A stretch of 62,731 nt of DNA, the filler included, from Vermamoeba vermiformis (Eukaryota), in NCBI GenBank assembly GCA_045837725.1. It is 5 parts of 5 records of this genome, joined end to end, with 100 filler letters (N's around TTAATTAATTAA, not from the genome) between each part and the next. Parts side by side here need not be neighbours in the genome. Positions count along the whole stretch, not along the records: positions 1 to 18,586 come from JBEWZL010000206.1; 4 more parts are not named here. One strand, written 5' to 3'. Numbering within the stretch: the stretch's first letter is position 1; each line of letters starts with the position of its first letter. A program made the translations under genes and the position numbers. Shown in pieces: positions 1-10,855 of the stretch. Below the pieces are notes generated by a model that did not search any database, had not been told where the DNA came from, and was given only the letters and a program-made list of their open reading frames with translations.

Positions 1-550
1 ATTTCGGCGAGCACACTTTAATAAATTTATCGCCGAACAGCAACCACACATCAACGAATAAACTTAACCGGTGATAGAACAGCTTATATAGTATATAATA
101 GTCAGCAAATTAATCGTCAGCGTGGTCGTACTGTAAGGTAAGATCCCCGGCACTTTAGCATCTGATAAAATTTTTGTTCAACTATGAATTATATGATTCT
201 GTCTATTATATTTCGCATATATATATATTATACCAATTATTGGTGCATAACAGAGCTTGAATTACACCAAAATTGAATTTTTTCGGTTTATTCGATCTGG
301 CTCGGAAATTATCGTTTTTCCAAAATAGCTTGGCAGCAATACTTCATAATTTAATATAATACAAGGAAAATTATCTAAAGTATGATTTGCAGAAATTTTG
401 TACATTCGATACTGCTGTGCCCCCATCCGCGAACTCTCTCTCAAGCAACAACAGAACAATCAAAATTGGCCTGGGAGTGGTTCTAGTTATCAAGTATGTA
501 ATGCTTTAGCACTATAGATAAGAATGCAACTGATTCTCAATAGTATAGGA

Positions 551-3480
551 ATGGCTGCGATTGTGAATGAAGGTGCGACGTGTTACATCAGCGCATCTCT
601 TCAGTTATTGTACAGTTTAGCACCGTTGCGCGAGCAAATCTTAATATGCAATCCTAAAACACCTCTTGGACTTGAATTGAAGAAGATATTTGTGCAAATG
701 TCACAATTAAAAACCGTTCAAATTGGGCAACTCGCAACGTTAATGAACATCAGCAAGTCAGACTGTCGACATAAACAAGAAGATGCCCAGGAATTCATCA
801 TTAGTGTTGTTCATAAATTGGATAAAGACAAAGAGATGAAAAGAATTTTCTCGTCGGTGTTTGCAGGTTCGACTGTTACCACAATATCTGAGCGAAACAT
901 TGAACCATTTTTGGGTAAGTGCATTGATAGTTTAACGCAACTCTGACAGCAAAGTTGCAGATTTGTCCGTTCCAATTCCAAAACACCCGGCTCCAACTCT
1001 GATTGAATGCATTCAGTTATTGTTCGACAACAATACAAAGTTTCATTCAATGCCGCAAGTACTGCTGTTGCATATAAAGCGATTTTCGGCCACTAAAAAG
1101 CTTACTTCTCGAGTTGAATTTCGAGCAAAGTTGACAATACCAGCAACATTAAATGACAACAATTGCGCAGAGGCATTCAAGTTGCAGTCGTACATTGTCC
1201 ATCAAGGTTCCAAAAACAAAGGTCACTATTGGACAAATAGTCTTTGTAATGGACAATGGATGGAATTAAATGACACAAAAATAACTAAAGTAAGGTATAT
1301 CATTTTGTAGGCAACTTTCTGACATCAATAGATTAGTGGAGCTGCCAATCAAAAGTACTTTGAAGGCGAGTCTGTCGGATACCTAGTTGCATATGTTCAA
1401 GAGAGAGCTCAATCACCAATGAAAGCTAAGAGAGCTGCTACCAAGAAAATTGATGATGATTATATGGACTGGGATACAGCATCAAGCTCTGATATGCCAG
1501 CAATTCACTCTATTGATAGTGACTCTTACGAAGCAAGTGAAAGTGTTGACTCTGACTACTGGTTTGAAGATTATGAGTGTGAGGAAGTATCGGATGAACA
1601 GCCAAAAGTAAACAAATTTGCTGATGGTAAGTAATAAGGAATGCATTGATATTAATCTAATGGATTCCCAGTGAAAAAGCAAGCTGAAGTTGAGGGCTGG
1701 AAGATTGACGGCAAAAAGTTCAAATCCAAGAAAGATTACATCCCTCCTCCTGCTCCTGGCCCAAAGCGTGCAGTAATACTTCAGATAATCAACCAAATTC
1801 GGCAGCTACACAATCAATCCCAATTACAATCAGTTCTTAATGTCAGTCCCCTTGATTGTTACTTGTTGCTAATGGAGGAAGTTATTAACCACATTGTTTC
1901 CGAAACCAACAAGCAAAATGACAAATTTAAGCTCACTTATAGTGATATTAGTGCGTACATCGGAGTAAGGATAGCCCAGCAATTATCTCCAAGTCATGCT
2001 ATTGATGATGCTTGGGCAACATTCAAGTATTCAAGAGGAATGTGGGGTAATCGTTGGATTGCCAAAACAATGCTCAAAGATGAATACAAGTTCATACACA
2101 GCAACAAGTCGTAAGTGATTGTGCTGCATTTATCAATACTAATTCATTCAGTTTTGATCTTTATCATGTGTGGCGGCTCTTAAATGAGAAATATTCCTCA
2201 ATTTGGACCCCTTATGGAAACTTGGCACTTGATGATAAAGCAAATGCATGGAAAGGGCGTTCAATTTATCGAATTTACCGTCAACGGAAACCATTCCCAT
2301 GGGCAATGTTAGAATACATCACAATTGATGAAGCAGGCTGGATTGTAGCATTCATTCCACGTTATGGAGATTTTGCTAGTGTTACAAAGCAGTATCAACA
2401 GTGGAAAGAACGATATGACAATTGGTTGCAAAACAAAGGAGATAAACCACCAGCATTCAAACGCTTGTTCCCAAGTGCCAGCAAGACAAACTTCAATTTA
2501 CACATGGCTATCAATTTTTTGTTGTCAAGACTTCCTGACACTGATGGCAATTTGGCACCCTTTATAGTGTCTCCATGGACAGTTGATGACTGGAGTGCAA
2601 TATTCTCTCGCGATATTTCCAACTATCAAATATATTGTGACAGAGAGTTCAGTTCTTATTGGCATCACTTTCGTCAATTCAAAGGTCTTGGATATACCTT
2701 GGGCATTGCTTCTGGACACCACACTCATCTATTCCGCGACAACTTAGCCGTTGGTTTGAAAATTGGAGACTGGCATTCATTAACGGATAATTCAGAAGTC
2801 ATTTTGACATATTCTGATCCTCAAGGGTCAGTTTGCCATTGGGTTAGTAACAGGCATTCTGGAGAAGCTGTAGCATGCAGCAAGAAGCAAGGCAACAAGC
2901 AAGTCAAAAAGCAAAAAGTCGCTTCTGTCCCTACATTAATAGCACAGTACAGAAAGCATTTTTCAGCAGTTGACTCTCATAACTCCAAAGCCAAAAAATT
3001 CTTTTGGCCACATCGCATTCGCAAGGTAAAGACAGTATTTTATCTAAAATGGTGTAACGTAACGTTTTAGGTTACTGATCGCTATGTGCTGGGAGACTGG
3101 GAGAGATCTGCTCAGGTTCAGGCGGAGCTATTGTACCAGGCTCTAACAGACAAGGACATATCATCAAAGGAATTTCTGTCCACCTTGTCTCGCAGTTTGA
3201 CAGAGAACTTTGTAACAAAGAGAGAGAGATCAACTTCTGTTGAAGCATTGGACTTAGCAAGGTCAAGTGCCAAACACAATCCTTATGCACACAGTTGCAC
3301 GTATACTTTTGGATCACGGAAACGTTGCTTCCACTGCCAGAGTGAACAAGTTGATTCTTCTACAATGTAAGCTTACTTATTATTTCATTAATAACAGTCA
3401 ACCTTAGGTATAAATGCCAACAGTGTAAAGTGCACCTCCACAAAAAGTGCTGGAAGAAATTTAAAGGAGTGAATTTATAA
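551..3480 (+). CDS. USP (peptidase C19) domain fused in frame to a piggyBac (DDE_Tnp_1_7) transposase with C-terminal Cys-rich domain; about 890 aa, 5' end uncertain
   Basis: GT-AG introns at 915-960, 1290-1331, 1627-1671, 2111-2151, 3026-3070 and 3367-3407 join the ORFs in one frame. USP motifs: NEGATCYISASLQLL, QEDAQEF, EPFLDLSVPIP, LLLHIKRF, HQGSKNKGHY, LNDTKI, GYLVAY. piggyBac motifs: LALDDKANAWKGR, IYCDREFSS, YRKHFSAVDSHN, then RCFHC...YKCQQCKVHLHKKCW. Confidence 0.85.
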
Positions 3481-3518
3481 TTAAAATAGTAGTAATCTAG
3501 TTGTTAGTCAGGCAAGTG

Positions 3519-3782
3519 GTGACGTGTTCCACGTTGTGGTGTGACATGAGCACGAAAGTGACTGCTGTGGTTAGACGTAAGACTCTCCACATGTATGTGT
3601 GGGTATGAGTCAGAATGAGCCTTCCACAGTAGAATTGCCACTGGTCTATTGGACTCTCCTAAGTGACGTGTTCCACGTTGTGGTGTGACATGAGCACGAA
3701 AGTGACTGCTGCAGTTAGACGTAAGACTCTCCACATGTATGTGTGGGTATGAGTCAGAATGAGCCTTCTGCAGTAGAATTGC
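3519..3782. repeat. Two near-identical ~120-bp direct repeats (period 144 bp) downstream of the transposase
   Basis: gtgacgtgttccacg...cagtagaattgc at 3519-3638 and 3663-3782. Confidence 0.95.
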
Positions 3783-3818
3783 TTAGATAAGAGTTCAAAA
3801 AACCCATTTTTCAGTGAT

Positions 3819-3847
3819 GGGTATCGTATACCCTTGCAGTTGGTTAA
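3819..3847 (+). mobile_element. Probable right end of the piggyBac element
   Basis: Subterminal palindrome GGGTAT-CGT-ATACCC followed by TTGCAGTTGG|TTAA, matching the piggyBac ...GG-TTAA end. No matching left TIR found in 1-550. Confidence 0.6.
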
Positions 3848-4227
3848 GGAATATCACCATTGATAACTTCAAATTAAACTAAAATTAAAAAATTCGAATG
3901 TCGATTACGCACTGTTTTTCAGCAAAATATAGCTTTGATTTTCGCATGGTATGCCAAATGCAGACATAACAGCCCATTGCATTGATCTGATGCGAGCCTG
4001 TCGGTTGATCCAGATCCGCTTCGATTTGCTTGTCAAGGTTTGTACGTAAACAGGAATAATTTCTTCGTTACGCTCCATCGTTGTGTTTCATCTTGTTTTT
4101 AATGCATAGCAACTGAAAAAGTGGCACTGATCAAAAAAAAAATTTGAGTTGTTTGACCAGGTCTTATTTGACCAATTGGTTTTTAACATAAAAAAAAAGC
4201 TCGATGTTTTGTGTTGCTTTAAAACGC

Positions 4228-4488
4228 ATTATTCCCGATTTACTAAAAACGGCACCACTTATAATTTATCATAAATTTTTTTGATAATTTGAAACCGCAC
4301 AAACTTTTCGTAGACGACAAGTTGCGCGATTGCTATTGCTGAATTAGTGGGCATTTCCATAGTCCTACTAACTGCAGCAAGAGCGAACGATTTAGCGAGT
4401 GTTTGAAAAAAGTTACACCGCTACCAAAATTATCAAAAAAGTTTCTGATAAATTTTTGTGGTACCGTTTTTAATAAAATGGGAATAAT
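4228..4488. mobile_element. MITE-like non-autonomous element with long imperfect terminal inverted repeats
   Basis: attattcccgatttactaaaaacggcaccac... matches the reverse complement of ...gtggtaccgtttttaataaaatgggaataat, and similarity continues inward (ttttttgataattt / aaattatcaaaaaa). No ORF. Confidence 0.75.
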
Positions 4489-4543
4489 TATTTAATTTCT
4501 AATAAAAGGGATTGTGGCATGCACAGAGGGGTTGGTTTTTAAC

Positions 4544-7500
4544 TTAAGCTTCGAAAGACTCCAACAAAGCCTTCTCAAACATTTCAGAGATCAATTCGCC
4601 GAACTCTTCATCGTCAATAGATCCGCTGTTATCTTTGTCGAATTGGTGCAAAGCATATTCGGCAACGTAAGCGTCCGGAGCTTCAAGCAACTTTCTGACC
4701 AATGGGAAGGTGCCGTGGTAGAACTCGCTCACGGCATCAAAAAGCTTCTCGCCTGGGATCTTATTATTGGCAGCAAACTTCTTGAACGTCTTATCGACGA
4801 GTTGCTTGTGCGCATCCGAAGCGAACAAAACTTTGAGTTGCTGTAAGCAATAAACGTTAATTACTTGTATAATAAATTGGATGTAAACATGAATGAATTA
4901 ATATAGTAAGATGAAGATCTTTACTATTCGGTGTTTTTTCAATTTACGGTTGAAAAGTACTGAAATTTCCAAGAATAAATTTATAACATAAAATGCACTT
5001 ACGGCAGACTTGTCCTGAGCCCAGCTCTCAGAATGACGATCAACTTCCCATCGTTCGTTAGCGACAGTAGTCACAGTCGTCTTGCTCGATGATTGCAAAA
5101 GCGAGTAATTCACGCTCCAGCCATCGTTCTTTTGGAGAGTATTGACCAAAGCATAGTTTCGATTTTCAGCGACTAAATAAGGCAAATTAGAATCTAGATT
5201 TTCTTTCAAATATGAAAAAACGAACCTGCAGTATGTTCGTAACTGAATCGCTCGTCGATGGATCCGCTGCGAGCAGGGAAAAATTTGCAGACGTGATTGG
5301 TCAACGGACTGGTCGTCACGTGACGGATGACCGAGTTAGTCTTGTTGTCCTTGATAGTAGACTCGACACCAACGTGAATGTCACCGCCCATCATGAGGAC
5401 TTCGCGACCCTTAGTAGCCGCCTTCCATTCGAACAACATCGACAACAACTTGACGAGCTCGTCTTTGTTGTAGGGCCAGTGATCCACGATGAACTCGGTG
5501 TGCGGATCCAACGCCTTTTTCTTGGCCTCATCGGGACTGTTAACAAAAATATTAGAACACGAACATATTAGGTTTAAAGTTGTGGGGGTAAGATTGAAGC
5601 TGGCCTACCTGTCGCCAACAAAAGGAATCTCGGAAACTACGAGCAAAGCCTTCAAGTCGGGAGTGTGCAAGGACTTCTCAATGAACTTCCATTGCTGCTC
5701 GCTGACAAGTGGCTTTTCGGGGAAAGTGTCGCCATTGGTGTCAATACTACGAGGAAACGTTAGGCAAAGCTTAATAGGGGAAATTAGAACAATGACTTAC
5801 CGGTTACCACGCATGTCAATGAACAGGACACCGACATCGCCGTACTTGTGGAAATGGAACTCGTCGCAGTGCTTGCCCACGTGCTTCTCGTACTCAGGGT
5901 CCCACAACTGATGTTGATATTCGCGATACACTTCGTGCGCTAGCTTGAGCACGAGAGGCGGCAGAACAACGCCTTCAACAACACCCAACGTGAAGTCATT
6001 GTAAATATCATTGTCACTCCAAATCATCAAATGGGGAGCATTAGCCAACACCTCTGACATTGGATAGTATTAATACGATGGCTCCTAAATCGGAAATATT
6101 AATGTGGTTACCTTTGGTGCCAGGCAAGTTCCAGTTGAATCTGTAAGCCTCGCGCAATCGGTTGCGAATCTTCTCGTGGAGTTCAGCGGTTTGAGTAGCG
6201 TTAAGAGCGAGACCAGCATGTCGGCGCAACATGACCATAGCGTCGGTGAAGTACTGGTGCATGTAGACTTGGTCTCCAAGATGCAACATGACATCGACTT
6301 TGCGACCAGGCTTTTGGATCAAGTTGCCAATAGTGACCCACAGATTTTCTTCGCCTTCTTTCAAGCGCTCGGGCCGATCGCAAGAAACAGCGACAAAGTC
6401 TGGAGAAACAATTAACGAGTGAAATTTCGGGCGATAAACAATGGGACTTACCAACTTTGCTAATCTTTGCGGGGAGAGTTGTCAAAGTGCCAACACGCTC
6501 TTCAGGGTTCTTAACGCCTTCAAAAGTGATCAAGTAACGACGATCAGGGTCCAATTTCTTGAAGTGGAACACTTTCGGCTTGTTCGCGGGCATCTCCTGT
6601 GACACGAGGAACTTCTTTTTGGTGATTTTGTCGGTCAAGACGCACGTCACTGGCGCACGTTCATTGACTTCTAACAACACAATTGCAGAGCTGGAAGTGA
6701 CGTCACCGACAACAGGACCAACGGTAGCTACGTAGATCAGTTAGTTCATGAATGAGATTTTCTAAATAAGGCAAAAATAGAGCTTACCGATCACGTGACT
6801 GCGATGCGTGCCAACAATCAGAGATTCAAGTCGAGGATTCTTTTTGTTGTTGAATAAGATAAGACCTAAACAATAAAGAAAATTAATATAAGTCCATCAT
6901 ATGGCATATTATATCATACTTACCGTAGTTTCTCTCGTTGTATACAATGTGCTTGTACTGGAATCTATTGTCAATAGTGCCAGTCAACGAAGGGAAAAAC
7001 TCGCACACGTGATTGGTGATGGGCGTCGTGGTCAATTGACGAATGACTAGGCCTGTCTTAGTGTCCTTGATCGTGGTGTCCACACCAACGTGAATGTCAC
7101 CTGCATTAACATAAGTAAAAATTGTTGCAAAGTTAGATCGGACGTACCTCCGAGCAACAAGACTTCACGAGACGGATCTTCGCTCTTCCAAGTAAAAGTG
7201 GTGTCGAGGAACTTGATCAACTCAGTTGAGTTATAAGACCAGTGGTCTTTAATGAACTCGAGTTTAGGTTCCTTGGCCTTCTTTTCAGCGTCTTCCGGAG
7301 TATCTCCGACAAATGGAATTTCAGCAGCGACAATCAGATCTGCCCTCAAAAGTTAGTAAAGGAACTCTTCAGAATAACTAATATTATGGCGTACTCTTCA
7401 GATTAGGAGATGAAAGGCATCTCTTAATGAAAGTCCATTGGTTGCTGCTAACAACAGGATTGTTCGGCAAAGTACGGCCTTCAGGAGTAATTCTGAAAAA

Positions 7501-9077
7501 AAATTAAATAATTAATAATTATGTTTAAATAGTGTCATATTTATGTATTTACCTATTGCCACGCATATCCACGAACAAGACGCCAAGCTCTCCGTACTGA
7601 TGATAATGGAACTCATCAGTGTCTTTGCCAACGTGTTGTTCGAAATGAGGGTCCCATAATTGACGTTGATATTCACGATAGACTTCGTGGCCTAATCTCA
7701 ACAATAAGGGAGGCCTAATAAACAATTTTAATTTTGTATCAAATCATAAGCGCAATTTCAATTTCAATTTCCATTCATTATTTAAAATTCTAACAAGGTA
7801 ACTTGAGTGAAATACGAAAGCTAAATATGAAGTATACTTACAATACTACTCCGTCAACGGTTCCGAAGGTAAAATCGTTGTAAATGTCGTTGTCACTCCA
7901 GATCATGAGATGAGGAACTTCAGCCAGGACTTCGCGCAAGTGAGGCAAGTTCCAATTGAATCTGTAAATGTCTCGGAGGGTATTGCGAAGATTTTCATGA
8001 AAATCTTCCTTTTCCAAAGCAGACATTTGGCTGTAGTTAGATCTTCGGAGTTTGATCATGGCGTTAGTGAAGCCAGGGCCCAAATAGACCTGATCTCCCA
8101 AATGGAGCATCAAATCGACTACATGATATTATTAGATTAATATCCAAATTTATCCGGCGAAATTCAAATCCGGAAAATCTTTTTGGATCCGTAACTTACT
8201 GCCTCCTTTTCGAACGTTAGACAAAAGCTTTTGCCATAAATTCATTTGACCCTCTAACAATCGTTCGCTACGATCGCAACTAACAGCAACAATCTACAGG
8301 ATACACAATTAATATTTAAAATAGATCAGCCTTAGAAATTAACTCTATTAATAATTACGAGCATCGGAGCTGTTGCTGGTATACTAACTTACTTGTAAAC
8401 CATTGTAATCTTTAGCAGGCGTAGTAAAACGACCGATTCTAGTGGCCGCATCCCGGCGTTTCACTCCGGTAAAAGAAACAACCAACTTGGTTGCAGCTGG
8501 CAAGTTCTTAAATACAAACGCCTATAATGATAAACATTATAAATACCATAAATCAACAGATTTTGAAGCTTTACAAAGATTTTCGGCAAATTATGGTAAA
8601 AAAATATCTTTGTGATCTTGATCGAGTATGAATTTCTTACTTTGGGTTTGCTAGCAGGCATCTTTTGCGCCAAAGTGGCTACTTTTTGACCACTAGGGCT
8701 GGCATGAAGGTGACAGACGACTTCAGCCTCGCGATCAACCTCAAGCAAAATGATTGCCGAGGTGGCAGTGACTTTGCCGATTACAGGACCAAGTAAAATT
8801 GACACTAAATATTATATTATTAATAAACTGATTTAATTTAGGGAAAGGGATTGAATACAAAATAGATTTTTTGCGTGTCAGAAAAGATCTCCTCAAAAAT
8901 TTGACTTGGCACTCGAAAATTTTTGAGCAGTATTTAAATTTCGAACAAGTATATTATTAATTATATTGTACCTTGTTCGCCAGCGGAGGTCAAGTCAGGA
9001 CTCTCCACAAGGTGTTGCAGAAGTTGCAGCTCGCTTTGCAAAGTCTGAATGTGAGCCAATATGTCTTGTTGCGCCAT
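4544..9077 (-). CDS. Multi-exon protein with two tandem PhoD-like metallophosphatase domains and a C-terminal EF-hand region
   Basis: Two copies each of GP(V/T)(I/V)G.VT..SAI.LLEV, VSCDR.ER, LHLGDQVY, WSDNDIYNDF, D.RGNR, DHW.YN and GGDIHVG. Terminal EF-hand loop DKDNSGSIDDEEF. ATG at 9077 inferred. Confidence 0.8.
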
Positions 9078-9243
9078 AGTTCAGCCTGAAAATGTAAGTA
9101 ACTAATGACCAAAATCTTAACAGCCAAAAATAAAAGCAACCAATTTTCAACCAAATTTCCAGTTTAGTTTATCCGATCCGGATCACAAACATATTTAGCG
9201 AAATGCCAACCTTGGTCCAATATAATCGCGTTATTATATCGTA

Positions 9244-10753
9244 TTAAATAGTATCTTCATTAGAGTAGCTTCGTCGCTTGTAATATCTGAACGGAGTTTG
9301 ACCAAAATTGACCGTGAGCTCGCAAGCTCCGAAACAACCAACCGTGGGAAAATATCCATACTCCACGTGATTCAAATGATTTGTAGCGTTGTCCAAGCGA
9401 AGACCGTTCAAAGTAAAGTATACGGCGCAGTCTCTCTGATCTTCATCTTTGCATTCAATGCCGCAGCCAACGACATCTCGCTCACCAAAAGTAGGGCCAT
9501 ATGGATCACCACCTTCATTATTATTAACAAATTTGTGGCCATCGTCGCCTGCATTAAAAAAATTAATTCATATCCCAGATTCGCATCCAAAATTATGTTG
9601 CATTATCGTATAGATATAACGTACCATGATATCCAATAGACATTTGATCCCAACCAGGCAATCTAAATGCAGGATAAGGCTTTGTAGCGAGACCAACAGC
9701 CGCTACACTTTCCTTCGGCTTGTAATCAACTGTAACCTGAAAACAAATATCGCTATTAGCGCATATCTGGTAATCATTTATACTCGCTTATATAAGATTA
9801 AATAATAGAATATGAAATTTCCTTACTTCGAAGTAATCGTTCGTAGTGATCGGGATCAAAGGGTAGTTCGATTGAAACGAGACATCTCCGTTGGTTTTTT
9901 TGACTTTGATTTGTGAACCATCAGGAACTTCCTTAATTTTATAGTCTACGCGAACTTTAGCTCCAACAGACTCAGCCTGACTGACATCCAGATCCGCAAT
10001 TTTCCAAGCTCGCAATCTTCGTTCTTGTAAATTGATTTGTTCCTACAATAATATTAATAAATTGGCTGACATAATAATTTCGCGTACTTCAGTGTTCAAG
10101 CGATATTTCTTGGGCGGATTCTGTTTCAAAAAATTATTTGCTTTTTTTGCTCGTTCGCGTTGATCTTCAACAGGTGCAGCAGTAGCCATATTATATACCA
10201 TGAATGCGGCCATAGCGGTAAATAAAGCCCAAAACATTCTGTTGCCCTGCTTCACTGTTTCAGGATCTTCTGGCGGACGATTTTCATTGTTACCACTGTT
10301 AGTATTGGTGCGAATAAATATAGGTGTTGAAGAGTGGCTCGATGATCCACCGCTGCTACCACCGCCACCACCTCCTCCACCGTGGCGTTCATGAATCTAA
10401 AAAAAATACTTAGTGAGGTCATTGCCATTGCACGATGAAAAATTAGTTTTGGCAGGTTACCTTGCTTTTGTTAAATGAAAATAGCGTATCGTACTCGGTT
10501 CTTTCGTTCCTTAGATATCTACAGAAGACGAAAAAATTATTTTCAATTTCGTAAATATTTTCAATTTGCTTGAAATTCATTATCATCCTACCGTGTGTTA
10601 TGAAAATATTATTAATATGATTAATAATCCATTTTTTCAGCAATTTATCGTTTCCTACCTTTTAGATGGCGATTGCCGCCCAAAAACACTTGACGCTCGA
10701 GCAAAGTAAGCACCTGATCGACGTACTGTTCGTCCAAATAAATTACGTAGCAT
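9244..10753 (-). CDS. Single-TM SPRY-domain protein (Ssh4/RanBPM-like SPRY) with an Arg/Ser-rich N-terminus
   Basis: Spliced product MLRNLFGRTVRRSGAYFARASS...; TM MFWALFTAMAAFMVY; SPRY motifs YFEV, VGLATKPYPAFRLPGWDQMSIGYHGDDGHKF, YGPTFGERDVVGCG, YFTLNG, FPTVG, VNFGQTPFRY. Confidence 0.8.
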
Positions 10754-10855
10754 GGTTATTTAATAAAGAATACCGCTGTGATTCTTGTGTTGGTTTTGAA
10801 AAGTTTTTGGTATTTTCTTATTTATTCGACATTACCGTTGGAACCACCATACGCA

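Noticed and set aside
64-75. TTAACCGGTG as the left end of the piggyBac element
   Set aside because: Beyond TTAACC it does not match the reverse complement of the right end (CCAACTGCAAGGG); the left end is probably outside the window.
4514-6415. Plus-strand ORFs of 100-140 aa
   Set aside because: Antisense shadows of the PhoD/EF-hand exons.
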